Shown: in pieces, positions 1 through 11,200 of the stretch
Numbering within the stretch: position 1 is the first letter of the stretch
Layout: each line of letters starts with the position of its first letter
Source: a virus
Length of the DNA: 64,000 nt
Strand: one strand, 5' to 3'
Virus record (IMG/VR): IMGVR_UViG_3300045988_176106
Program-made: the position numbers and the translations under genes
Notes under the pieces: model-generated
What the model was told of the DNA's origin: nothing
The model's database searches: none
The model's input: the letters and a program-made list of their open reading frames with translations, nothing else

Positions 1-1332
1 TTGATATTGGAGTATGTAGATACAACATACCCTGTGTATATAAATTCCTCATACAAAAATTACGAATCAATATATTCTATAGATGGTAAAGTGTTTAAAT
101 CTGTATTTGATAAAGACCATTACACTATAACATGGAATAATACAGAAACATCGTACAAGGTATTAGATACTCCAATTTTTAATGTATCAGAATATTCTAT
201 TTATAATACTGACATGTTAAGTTTATTTATAAATAGCTTCATTATGAAAAGAAAAGGTATTAATTATTCTACTATTAGGCACGGCCTTAATTTAGTAAAA
301 GTAGAAAATGAAATAGCAAAGTATTCAAATAATGAGATTTTATTAAAAAATTCTGGTGTATCAAAAACTAATATAAAGATATCTTTTATTAAAGACGGGG
401 TGTCTGTAAAAGATATTCTAGGAAATTCTTTAGAGAATTATGAAATAGAACCCAAATATGGGTCAATTAAACTACACAGATTTAAAGAAGAGATATCTGC
501 AATATCTTATGATAAAGTTATAGTAGACTATTATTATTATGACTTTATATCTAATAATATAAAAATACCTAGATATATAGTAGACTCTTCTGAATATATA
601 TCTGTTGGGTTAACTAAGGATGGATTAAAATATTACGCTTATGATTCTTTTGGTTTTATTATATTTTCTAACCATAAAATAAATAACTTGCCGTACGCAA
701 TAAATTTAGTTGATAAATCTCCTTTAAAATGGGAAATATCTGGACAGCCTGAAAATAGTGGCAATATGTACACTGGAGAAAAGGTAGCAGAAGATTTTAT
801 AGAGATATCAAAAATAAGCATTAAAGATATGTCAAAGCTTAAATATGTTTTAAATAAAAGACCATCCCTACCAATATCTGGAGGACATGGGCTTAGAGAA
901 ATATATATTCCAAATCTTGCATATTGCAGAATAGTTATAGGAAAAGAAAAGGAATCGTATTTTAACTCTGGAGTTTCTGAGTTAAATGTAGGTATGTCAA
1001 CCCAGGGAACATTATCATTGTATATGAGCACAGATACAAAAGTTGTATTTCAGCTAGACTACTCTAAAGATAAATATAGTGATGATGTTGAATATGTTGA
1101 TGAAGATATGCAAAAGGATCTAGATTTTAAAAATCCGACATTTATAAACAAGGACCCGTTAAAGTACGAGGTAATATATATAGATGGTAAAACATATTCC
1201 AAGCTTAATAGTATAAAGAAACACTATGATGACAAGGTTTATTTTATAGTAAACAAAGAGGACATAAAGCCGGGCTATAGATTTAGTGTAGTATACGGCG
1301 ATTCAATCCCCACAATGGTGCATAAGATATGA
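1..1332 (+). CDS. virion-associated protein of unknown function, 5' end probably cut by the window edge
   Basis: The frame is open from base 1. Its stop overlaps the next start (ATGA at 1329). It heads a co-directional block that ends in fibre and lysis genes. No motif recognised. Confidence 0.45.
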   Translation: MILEYVDTTYPVYINSSYKNYESIYSIDGKVFKSVFDKDHYTITWNNTETSYKVLDTPIFNVSEYSIYNTDMLSLFINSFIMKRKGINYSTIRHGLNLVKVENEIAKYSNNEILLKNSGVSKTNIKISFIKDGVSVKDILGNSLENYEIEPKYGSIKLHRFKEEISAISYDKVIVDYYYYDFISNNIKIPRYIVDSSEYISVGLTKDGLKYYAYDSFGFIIFSNHKINNLPYAINLVDKSPLKWEISGQPENSGNMYTGEKVAEDFIEISKISIKDMSKLKYVLNKRPSLPISGGHGLREIYIPNLAYCRIVIGKEKESYFNSGVSELNVGMSTQGTLSLYMSTDTKVVFQLDYSKDKYSDDVEYVDEDMQKDLDFKNPTFINKDPLKYEVIYIDGKTYSKLNSIKKHYDDKVYFIVNKEDIKPGYRFSVVYGDSIPTMVHKI

Positions 1333-1721
1333 GGAAGTTTATTGAAAATCAGCAATTTAACTATGTTAATGACATATTAAATCTATCGCTTCTTAATGGC
1401 AATATAAATAGACTTGGCATTGATTTTATAAATAGAAGCCTGCTGAGAGTATCTTTGCAAGCAAATCCATCTGTTGAATTTCTTAAAGAGTCATTAGACA
1501 GAATAGATAAACAGATTGAAGACTGGTACTCTGGATATGTTAAGAAAATAGATTTAGTAGAATCTAATAATATGTTTATACAGCTATTAAATCTGTCAAC
1601 AGAAGATAGTGGATATTACTCTCTGTTTGAGATAGACACATCGAATTCCGACTCTGTTATATATTCCTTATCAGACAAAGGTTATGTACTTAGCAGTTAT
1701 GACGAGAAAGAACTATTATAA
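1329..1721 (+). CDS. hypothetical structural-module protein
   Basis: 130-aa ORF with overlapping start and stop codons on both sides (translational coupling). No motif recognised. Confidence 0.45.
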   Translation: MRKFIENQQFNYVNDILNLSLLNGNINRLGIDFINRSLLRVSLQANPSVEFLKESLDRIDKQIEDWYSGYVKKIDLVESNNMFIQLLNLSTEDSGYYSLFEIDTSNSDSVIYSLSDKGYVLSSYDEKELL

Positions 1722-2503
1722 TGGAAATAAAGAAAACATTTTCTTCAGAGTCATTATTTTTTAATAAGATAATACTTAAACCAAAAATATCAGATATTTT
1801 TGTAAAATCAATATCATCTATAAATAGTTCTGGAACAGTAACACCTATAATGACCAATCCTTTTTATATAGATGATATAGTAAATATAAACAGTTTACAT
1901 AAAGACTCAATAGCAATTGAGATAGTCTTCGAGCATAATAATTTTACGTCTAATACTGAAATATCAGATTATATAGATGTAGATATATCTAGGATAAGAA
2001 GTAATTACACTGGTGTATTGAAAACTAAACCTGTCGAAATATTATGTAAAAATTATATAGCTCCTATAATAAAAATAGATAATAGCAACGGTGTTATAGT
2101 TTCTGCAGATGTAAGTGTAAGAGGCATATCTTCTGATGGAAGAACATTATTTAATGAATCACTTAATATAGGTATAGGTGATTCAAAAGAATATATATAT
2201 AAAAAAGACGGCAATATAGAATTTGATAAGATAAGATTCTTTAAAGATGGCATAGTTAGTAAATATTCTAAATCGACAAACATAGACACGTTTGATGAAG
2301 AGACAATTTATATTTGCCACCCTAAATATATAGATAGTTCAGAGAAAAAGAGTATATCGGAGAATATAGAAATAAATAGCAACAATAATATCTTTATATT
2401 AAATAAGGATACATATAAGGTTGAATGTTCTATAACTGCTACAATACTTGATACATTGTCGTCTTATCCTATAATAAAATATATAGGGGTAGTATCTAGA
2501 TGA
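1721..2503 (+). CDS. hypothetical structural-module protein
   Basis: 260-aa ORF with TAATG coupling upstream and ATGA coupling downstream. Confidence 0.45.
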   Translation: MEIKKTFSSESLFFNKIILKPKISDIFVKSISSINSSGTVTPIMTNPFYIDDIVNINSLHKDSIAIEIVFEHNNFTSNTEISDYIDVDISRIRSNYTGVLKTKPVEILCKNYIAPIIKIDNSNGVIVSADVSVRGISSDGRTLFNESLNIGIGDSKEYIYKKDGNIEFDKIRFFKDGIVSKYSKSTNIDTFDEETIYICHPKYIDSSEKKSISENIEINSNNNIFILNKDTYKVECSITATILDTLSSYPIIKYIGVVSR

Positions 2504-5121
2504 ATAATTTTTTAAATACATCAGAAAAGTATGTTGGGAATACTCCAAACTGGCAGTCTAATCTTATTGCAAAAGTTCAAGAAGATGGCAACAATCTAAT
2601 ATCAGATATAAATAAGCTCAACAATAAGATAACTAGCAATGTCGGTGAATTTGCAAAATATGTGGCCGCATTAAGAGATAAGATGGCCGAAGCTGTAGAT
2701 ATGTCATTATCTATGGCCTCTATATCTGGCAATAGTAATACACAGTACGATATTTCGCCTAGTGTTATATATTCATCAGAAAACGTTGTTGTAAAAAATA
2801 ACTCTGTATATATAAAACCAAAAGTTGCAAATAGATATACAATAGAGAATATAGAAGTTGATACATCTGGAACATATGGCAATTCTTCAGATTATGAAAA
2901 TCAAAGGTTTTACAATAAAGATACTATAGTATCAGATACGCAATTTGAAGTAGAAAGATTTAACCTACCTGTGTCTGCTACCTATACAATAAGATTATCT
3001 AAATTGTCTCCAGTTAATTTAATATCTTTTAAAGATGTCAATTTTGGCGTAGACATACCAGAAATAGTATCAATAGATGTATCTTCAGATGGAAAATCTT
3101 TTAAACGTATACCGTTCACAGTATTAAATGACTCTTTAAGAAGTATACAGATAGACGAATCATTTGTTAGAGTTTTAAGAGTTACAATTGTTCAGGATAA
3201 TGGATATATCTCTGATGGTAAAAGGAATAGATTTGCTATAGGCATATCAAATCTTTCGATTGGTATTACTACAGTTGAAGAACATGGAGAGATAATATTT
3301 GGCCCATTTAATTCTGGATATGAAATTTTAAAAGCATCAATAGCTGCTAAAATAAATAATGATGGATACTCTTTTAATAATTCACAATTCTCTATTAGCC
3401 CAGATTTAACAACATGGTATGACATAAGCACTCCGTACTCTATAAGTGAAAAACCTAAACATTTAGATTTTAATAATATATCGGATGGGTCTATATCAAC
3501 AGAAAACCCTGTAAGGGTTTTATATTTAAGAATAATATTCTCTGGTAAAAAATATAGCAATTCATATTCTGATAATAGAGTACAGAAACATACACAAAGT
3601 ATAACAAAAATAAATCCTGTAATAGTATCTCCATTTGATCTAGGAGAAAAATATATCTTAGGTAAACTTTTAAATAGTTATTATGGCGGAAGTATTACAA
3701 CAACTTCTTACTCTGATATAACTGGGACTACAGACTATATATCATCTATAAAAAGAAATAATGAATATGTATATAGATCTTTTGATAGTATGGGATATAT
3801 GGGAGAAACTAAAGTAAGGTATACTCCTAAAAGATGCAGAGTTGAAAAAGATAATAAATATAAAATAATATCTAGTGAGACTATAGAGCCCGAATCAGTA
3901 AAAGTATATTCATATTCAAATCCTATAAGAAGAGATATAAGAGTTGCAAATTCAGAAAATGTTGTACTAGCGTTTAATGAGCATGCCGGAGTGTATAGAC
4001 TTACAGATGGGAATATATACAGGGATTTAGATTTAACATCTGGATTTTTTGAGTCATGCTTCCAATGGACTTTTAAGCCATATGAAAAAGACTTATATTT
4101 ATATGGTCCATCAGGTGTAATAGTTCATACATTTAATGCTGGTGAACCTGTAAATCTTTTAGATTATTTTACATTTATTGCTCCGTTCTCATCTGAGAAA
4201 TCACCAGTAAATATGAAATTTAATAAGAAGTACCCAGAAGTTAAATTAGAAGATTCTGAATTTACTATAATAGATGGAAAAATATTTGCACATAATAGCT
4301 CTGCTATTATAAACTCAGACTATGTAGTAAAGAATAAATTAGACATAACAACAGATTTTTCTATAAATAGTATAGATATATACACTGATGATGTAAGATT
4401 GTCTAAAACTTCTGAATCATTAAATTCTTATGATGGATTAAAAGTTGCAAAACTGTTAAAGACTCAAATAATTAAAGGGTCTTTAGAATTTTCATATAAG
4501 AATGCTTCAGTATTCACATTCCTTAAAGAAGTAGATTTTATAAATGGGATCGATGAATTTAATACCGGCAACAGTATTGAAATACAATTGCCTAAGGGTG
4601 CTAATAAATTTTCATTAGGAAGGCTAATAGATCACTTTTCAGATTTAAATTTTGTAGGATATACAGACATATTTAAGACACAAGTTTACTCTGAAGCAGA
4701 ATTAATATATGCTGGAGATTATTTATTAACAGATGAAAATAATCAAACATATATAACATTAGCTGATAATGCAAAAACCCATGATTTAATAGATACATCT
4801 GTAATATTAGATACAAATATATCATCTGCTGGTACTGGATACTATTCTATTGATTACAATAATGGAATAATATATTCTCAATCTATAATTAGTGGTGATA
4901 TAAGAGTTTCATATTTGTACTCAAATGTATTTATAGAGGGCCAAAGTATGGAAACAATAGATAAAGAAAAATACGGAATATCTGGCAGAACTGTTACTGT
5001 AAAAGAACCATCAGACTCTGACACTTATGCTGTACTATCTTTATTAGAAGATTCTATAACGGTCAATATAAATAAATCTCCAGTTGTATCAAATATAACA
5101 TTAAATACAGTGATAGGATAA
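2500..5121 (+). CDS. large virion protein (baseplate/tail-fibre-like)
   Basis: 873 aa, Asn/Ser/Tyr/Ile-rich, coupled to the upstream ORF. Its position is just before the fibre genes. No catalytic motif seen. Confidence 0.45.
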   Translation: MNNFLNTSEKYVGNTPNWQSNLIAKVQEDGNNLISDINKLNNKITSNVGEFAKYVAALRDKMAEAVDMSLSMASISGNSNTQYDISPSVIYSSENVVVKNNSVYIKPKVANRYTIENIEVDTSGTYGNSSDYENQRFYNKDTIVSDTQFEVERFNLPVSATYTIRLSKLSPVNLISFKDVNFGVDIPEIVSIDVSSDGKSFKRIPFTVLNDSLRSIQIDESFVRVLRVTIVQDNGYISDGKRNRFAIGISNLSIGITTVEEHGEIIFGPFNSGYEILKASIAAKINNDGYSFNNSQFSISPDLTTWYDISTPYSISEKPKHLDFNNISDGSISTENPVRVLYLRIIFSGKKYSNSYSDNRVQKHTQSITKINPVIVSPFDLGEKYILGKLLNSYYGGSITTTSYSDITGTTDYISSIKRNNEYVYRSFDSMGYMGETKVRYTPKRCRVEKDNKYKIISSETIEPESVKVYSYSNPIRRDIRVANSENVVLAFNEHAGVYRLTDGNIYRDLDLTSGFFESCFQWTFKPYEKDLYLYGPSGVIVHTFNAGEPVNLLDYFTFIAPFSSEKSPVNMKFNKKYPEVKLEDSEFTIIDGKIFAHNSSAIINSDYVVKNKLDITTDFSINSIDIYTDDVRLSKTSESLNSYDGLKVAKLLKTQIIKGSLEFSYKNASVFTFLKEVDFINGIDEFNTGNSIEIQLPKGANKFSLGRLIDHFSDLNFVGYTDIFKTQVYSEAELIYAGDYLLTDENNQTYITLADNAKTHDLIDTSVILDTNISSAGTGYYSIDYNNGIIYSQSIISGDIRVSYLYSNVFIEGQSMETIDKEKYGISGRTVTVKEPSDSDTYAVLSLLEDSITVNINKSPVVSNITLNTVIG

Positions 5122-5125
5122 TATA

Positions 5126-6886
5126 GTGGATTTAAATAAAATATCTAGGCTTTTTGATTCATATTCGCCAATAAATGAATCTACTATAAATAATGAAAGT
5201 TCAGATATAACACCGTTATCATTAAATAACGGTGTTTATACTGATAAAAATATTAGGGACACTTTTTGGAATTGGCATAAGATATTATTTCATAATCAGG
5301 ATAAAGTATATGAGATAACAGAGAGGGCTAATAAAGTGTACGAAAAAATGCTAAACTACACAACAGATATTGGGAATAGAATTAATAAACTTTCAACATC
5401 TGCTAAAGGTGCAGCATTAGCTGATAGGTCCAACTCTAAATATACTAAGATCGTATACTATACCCCGACAAATAAATCATATAATCCTGAAGATACAACA
5501 GCATCAGTATCAAATGGTAAAATATTCGGTGTAAACAATTCAGATAAGTTTGATAGCGACAAAGATATATCTAATTCAAAGATAACATTAGAGCATATAA
5601 GATGTACAATGTCAGATATAACAGGTGTAAATGATTGCCTAATAAGAAGTCATGATAATACACCTATTATGAAAACGGACGAAATAATAAATATTATGAA
5701 GCAGTTTAATGTCACTGGTACATCATCATTATCTGGAAACAAAACAATTGAATTTGTAGTTGATAGAGCAGAGTATAATTCATTTAACAATATACAGATA
5801 AAAACAGAAAAACCATATGTTTATACTGTTTACACTAGTGCAGATGGGGTCTATTATAATCACTTAAATAGTGATAAAATATTGACAAATGAACTAGATT
5901 TATCATTTAATTTATCTAATGATAGATATATAAAAATATCTGTACATTTTTCTAGACATACATTATTAAATAATGGATTGTATAATTATATATGGGATGT
6001 AAATCATATATTTATAGCTATGAAGAAATACAAAAGTGAAACAGTATTTCAAAGCAACGATATAGATATAAATACTACCGGTGAATATATAGCAATAGAC
6101 ACATGCGATAATTATGAAAATAAAAATGTAAGTATAAATTACATGATATCTATTGATGGTGGAATATTTAAAACAATAAAACCATTAAGAGCTATATCTA
6201 GAAGCGATTACACAATAAGATCACTAATCCCAATAAATGACTTTATAGATAACAATGTCGGCGTTATGACAAAATTTACAGAGTCAGAAGGAAAACATAT
6301 CTATACAAATTTAATAGATAAAGGTATGTTCGAGAGCAATATTATCAAATTCTATAATGGATCTAATCCATTTGTTGATAATGGAGACAGTATATCTATA
6401 ACCGGCATAATAACTAAAGATAAAAAAGTAAACTTTAATGATACTGTATTCATAAATGGAGTACCATTTAGTGGAGAAACATTATTAAGGTGCGGGTTAG
6501 TAACAATAGATGTGCCAAAAAATAAATTTAATATACTTTTTGATTACCCTAATGTAGAAATAGTTTCATATTCAAACGGCACATTTATTATTAAAAAAGA
6601 CAATATAGAATCAACTGTATATGACAGAGACTACGAATCTAATATGTTTGTATTAATTGTTAATACATTTGACTATATACTTGGAAACGAAATAACAGAT
6701 GATATAGAAATGGACACTAAAGAAGATGGTGTTCAATTAAAAACATCTGATAGCGTTTCAAAATTATATGTATTGGCGAGAAGTAAGTATTCTTCTGTTA
6801 AATCTGTTAAGATAAGAGCAGATATGAAATCATTAGATTCATATACTAAGCCTGAAATAACAAGAATAATATTTAAAGTCGTCTAG
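5126..6886 (+). CDS. large virion protein (baseplate/tail-fibre-like)
   Basis: 586 aa with a GTG start 5 nt after the previous stop. Composition is the same as the preceding ORF. Confidence 0.45.
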   Translation: MDLNKISRLFDSYSPINESTINNESSDITPLSLNNGVYTDKNIRDTFWNWHKILFHNQDKVYEITERANKVYEKMLNYTTDIGNRINKLSTSAKGAALADRSNSKYTKIVYYTPTNKSYNPEDTTASVSNGKIFGVNNSDKFDSDKDISNSKITLEHIRCTMSDITGVNDCLIRSHDNTPIMKTDEIINIMKQFNVTGTSSLSGNKTIEFVVDRAEYNSFNNIQIKTEKPYVYTVYTSADGVYYNHLNSDKILTNELDLSFNLSNDRYIKISVHFSRHTLLNNGLYNYIWDVNHIFIAMKKYKSETVFQSNDIDINTTGEYIAIDTCDNYENKNVSINYMISIDGGIFKTIKPLRAISRSDYTIRSLIPINDFIDNNVGVMTKFTESEGKHIYTNLIDKGMFESNIIKFYNGSNPFVDNGDSISITGIITKDKKVNFNDTVFINGVPFSGETLLRCGLVTIDVPKNKFNILFDYPNVEIVSYSNGTFIIKKDNIESTVYDRDYESNMFVLIVNTFDYILGNEITDDIEMDTKEDGVQLKTSDSVSKLYVLARSKYSSVKSVKIRADMKSLDSYTKPEITRIIFKVV

Positions 6887-6921
6887 CATAAGAAGATTAA
6901 AATATAATCAGGAAACAAAAC

Positions 6922-8202
6922 ATGCAAGTTACATTAACTTCTAAAGATACCAGCTTTACCTTTGTAAATGGCATCTCTGTTACACGTAATGGGACTAGTG
7001 TTGATTTAGATAAGGCCAGTCTAGATACAGTATCTGCTATATTAGCAGCTATTGATGATGGTCGTATTACATCAGATACTCCTAGATCAACTGTTCTATC
7101 TAAACGTGGCTCATTAATTGCAGCCAGAGATGGAACAGCAGTTTTAGATGCATCAAGTATAGACCAAGACATGCTTAAACAAGCTGTTAGTGGAGCTGTA
7201 ACATCAGCATTAACAGATGAGTCAGTTAAAAATCAAATAGTTTCAGGCGTCAAAACAGCAGCAGAAGAAGCTAGCACTAAAGCACTTCAAGCTACGCAAA
7301 CTGCATCTGCTGCAAGTACAGCTGCTCAGCAAGCTGCACAGCAAGCAACTTTGGCTATAACTAAAGCAAGTGAGGCTTCGGGTGCTGTTACTACAATAAC
7401 AAACAAAGCAACAGAAGCAGAAGATAAAGCGCGTAGAGCATTAGAAACTGCTCAACAAGCAGCTACTACAGCAACTAAAGCTGCCGAAGCGGCAGGGAAG
7501 GTAACAGAAGCTGCAACCAAAGCAAATGAAGCTAGTAGTAAAGCAGCTCAAGCAGAATCTAAAGCTGCTGAAGCTGTAAGCAAAATAACACAGGCTGAAC
7601 AAAAAGCTTCTGAAGCTTCGTCTAAAGTTGATGCTGCTGCAAGAAAAATTGAACAAGCAGAATCAAAAGCCTCTCAAGCTGAACAAAAAGTTGCTGAAGC
7701 TACTAAATCGGCTACAGAAGCAAAAGAAGCAGTTAGAGCTATCGAAGATAAAGTTGGATCTTTGCCTACTTTAGAGACAAGTGCTAAAGATAGCGCAGTT
7801 GTAGCTATAAATGAAGTTAAAAGTTTGGCAAATGCAGCATCTACTAAAGCTACTGGCTTGGAAGAAGCTCTCAAGACTCTGAAGACTAAAGTTGAAACAC
7901 TTGAAAAATCTGGTGTTAAACCTGCTACTCCAGTTACTCCGCCAAATCCAGTAACTCCACCTCCAACACCACAGCCTAATCCTGCTAATCCGGTAACACC
8001 AGCAGATCCATCAGATCCACGATCTGGACCAAATAAATATATTATCAGAAAAGATAATGGACAAAAACTTTACGTATATGGACCTCGTCGTAACCTAGTT
8101 GATCTTACCGACTATGTATTAGCAAATGGTGATGACCAAATAGATGATGATGGATTCCCTAAACCTGGCGAAACAGTGTATACCGAAGAAGAAGGAGCTT
8201 AA
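6922..8202 (+). CDS. fibrous coiled-coil protein with a Pro-rich linker and a globular C-terminus (tail fibre/whisker-like)
   Basis: About 200 aa of Ala/Glu/Lys/Thr/Gln repeats (AAEAAGKVTEAATKANEASSKAAQAESKAAEA...), followed by the linker PATPVTPPNPVTPPPTPQPNPANPVTP. RBS-like aggaaac lies upstream. Confidence 0.6.
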   Translation: MQVTLTSKDTSFTFVNGISVTRNGTSVDLDKASLDTVSAILAAIDDGRITSDTPRSTVLSKRGSLIAARDGTAVLDASSIDQDMLKQAVSGAVTSALTDESVKNQIVSGVKTAAEEASTKALQATQTASAASTAAQQAAQQATLAITKASEASGAVTTITNKATEAEDKARRALETAQQAATTATKAAEAAGKVTEAATKANEASSKAAQAESKAAEAVSKITQAEQKASEASSKVDAAARKIEQAESKASQAEQKVAEATKSATEAKEAVRAIEDKVGSLPTLETSAKDSAVVAINEVKSLANAASTKATGLEEALKTLKTKVETLEKSGVKPATPVTPPNPVTPPPTPQPNPANPVTPADPSDPRSGPNKYIIRKDNGQKLYVYGPRRNLVDLTDYVLANGDDQIDDDGFPKPGETVYTEEEGA

Positions 8203-8204
8203 TA

Positions 8205-11200
8205 ATGGCAACAGATGAACAATTAGCCACTATAGTTAACAAGTCTGTACTTAAAATAGGTAAGGACCAATTTAAGCTTAAAAAAGAACTGCCTGTAACA
8301 ATTCGAGAATCCTTCTATGATGAAGAGACATCAAAAGGATTAGCTGAAAAGCGTAAACAAACATTATTAAATGAAGCGGCCCTTAAGTGGCCTCTTCATG
8401 ATGAAGACAAGGTTTTCTACCTAGAAGACTGGTTTGAAGGCGAAGAGAGAGAAAGAATTATTTCTGGTTTCTACGAGAAAAATAGAAGTAGAGATGCCGA
8501 AACTAACCACTCTATAATTCTTCAACAAGCTTTTGACGCTATTCCTGATGGTTCTATAATTAAAACTAGAAAAACATCTAGATTCTTAATTGATAAAAAT
8601 GAAAACTACATGGTAGACGAGTTCTCATTTAAAGTTCTTGAAAATGGCGTATATAAGAAAATTTCAAGAGTAGAACAATCTGATGGCCCAGATACACGTA
8701 GCCAATTACAAAAACAATTGGCCGAAGCTGGTGAACTGAGACATGAAGATTTGGGTCTAGAGCTTAGACCAATGCAACCATGTGTATATATTCACCACAA
8801 ACGTAGACTGTATATTGACTTTAACGGAACAATGTTCATAGTTAAAAAACTTGGTCAATCTGCTTTCTATCTTGGTTCTCACGATGGATATAACTCAGGC
8901 AACCACTTTATTAAAGACTTTGGTATATTCACTACCAGATGGTTCCAAGAGCGCGGATATAAAGGTGGTAAAAAAGGCTTCATGCCTCCTATAGATGGAT
9001 GGTCAGAAGAACACCCTAATCATGGTAACGGTTATTCAACAAAAGGGTATTGGAAGTTTGGATTCAATACTTCTAACTATACTATTGATTTGTCTAGATT
9101 TGACAACAACTCTGCAATAACAGAAAATATTCAAGAAACTCCTGCTCTTACCAAACTTATCACTAGAGATATTCTTAACCGCGTTTATGAAAACGGTAAT
9201 GATGCCGGCTTACAATCTGACCCAGTTACTAAACTGAGCGGACAAGAGTTAAATGCTCGTTCTAGAGTTAGTCCTGGTGGATATGTAAACACTAAAACAG
9301 GTAAACATGAATTCCCTCAAGAAGATGGCACTACAGCTGAAAGATGGGGAACATGGGGTGGAATGCAATATGGCTCAAATGGTAACGCAATTACAATTTT
9401 CGGTGACGAAGATACTGTAATTATGGACTTCTTGGCTGAAGGTTTCCACGGCGGCGCTATTGTATATGGACGCTTAGGACGTATTGATGGTGTATCAGTT
9501 GAACGTGGAGATATTAAAACAGCAGAAGCTAATGGTCTTGTTGCAAGACGACAATATCTTCTTGGCGGTAATGGACGCTACAATTATACTGGTATCGTTG
9601 GTTTAAACCGTGTAGACCGTATTGTAATATCAGGATTAGAATGTGATGGTATAGTAGGACATCCAGATTGGCACGTACAGCACTCTCGTTCTGGTACTAG
9701 TACAAATATTGACCCTGGCTATGGTTTATGGGTATCTAGATCACTCCCAATGACAGATATCCGTGCTGAACATAATAACTTCGGTGTATGTGCTCGTAAA
9801 GTAATGGATGCACACTGTGGATCTAAAATTTATTACAGATGGAATAAGGGTACAGCAGGCTACTACGGCGTATCAGTAGTTGTTGGTGAATCATTAGCTA
9901 CAGGCGATGATGGTGTAACAGAGGAACTGTTAACACACACATACTCAGACTCTGTAATGGATATTTCCTACAATACATTTACAGTTGGTGTAATGGGTCT
10001 TCACTTCAGTAATGGCGACCTTGGCCCTAATGAAAGACGTAGGCTAAATAAATGGTGGTTGCGCGGAAACTTTATTGTACATGGTAATAATATATACGCT
10101 CCTTCTGGACTATATTATAACTATGGACACTATGGATTCTCTATTAAAGATAACGTGTTTACATATGCATTACCATTTGGCGAATCATATGGAAGCAGAG
10201 CTGTAAGAAGCATCAGAGTTACAAAACCTGGTACTGGATATAAAATCCATGATCGTATTGTTATAGATGACAGCTACGAGTCAACTGGATCATACGATGC
10301 ACGTGGATGTTTCGGTTGGGTTACAGAGGTTGACGCTAACGGCGGCATTAAAGCTGTTGGACTGAATAGAGGTCATGACTACTACAAAGCTCCTAGAGTA
10401 TCACATGTAATAACAGAGAACGGTACTGGTGCTGAATTTGAAACAAGCACAATTAATGGTTCTGCTGCAGTTACTATGGGTGCATGGAGACATCGTGGCC
10501 CAGCATTCGGCGATAAGATAGTAGACAACAGAATAAGAAATAGCCGCGACGGTAACTTTGCATATGCATTCAATTTGTATTCACTTGTTAATGCAACAAT
10601 AACTGGGAATATAGTAGAGTCATCTCCATATTATACTATTGATCCAGTAATGAAAGAAACATTAACAATGCCTTATGCGTCTAAACGCGCATTCAGATCT
10701 GGTATTGAAACTAATCCGTACTATATGGATACATCAGATGGTGGTACAGGTGTTATAGCCTCTAAATGGGATAACAACTGGATGGTTAATGATGCAAATG
10801 GTAAATACTCTTATATTAAAGAGCCTCCTACCAATAAAGATACTTATGGTGTTGATGGTAATATGTTCAGAGGCAATAATTATAAGGCTATAACTGTTCC
10901 TGTAAGAGAAGATAAGAATCCAGATAAAGAACTTATAATGCCTGCATTCGATGCTAGTGAAGAAAGAATTATATTCAACTTCAAAGGCGATAAGAGGGAT
11001 GACTACGCATGGGATACAAATAAAAAATATCCTGTAGTTCCGTTTATAACTATTACTAATCAGGTAAATAGATACGCTAATCCAGAATGGTATTATATAG
11101 ATCCATATCGTGATCGCGGTAGACTAGTTACTCTTGTAGGTAGAATAAATGGCACACCTGTAACTGGTGGTCAAATAGGTTTATTGCAAATAGACTTCGG

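Noticed and set aside
6897-7874. Minus-strand ORFs 6897-7172, 7441-7656 and 7674-7874 opposite the coiled-coil fibre gene
   Set aside because: They are antisense shadows of an Ala/Glu/Lys repeat gene. GCN/GAA repeats stay open on the reverse strand. Their composition is low-complexity Ser/Cys/Phe, and there is no RBS or coupling.
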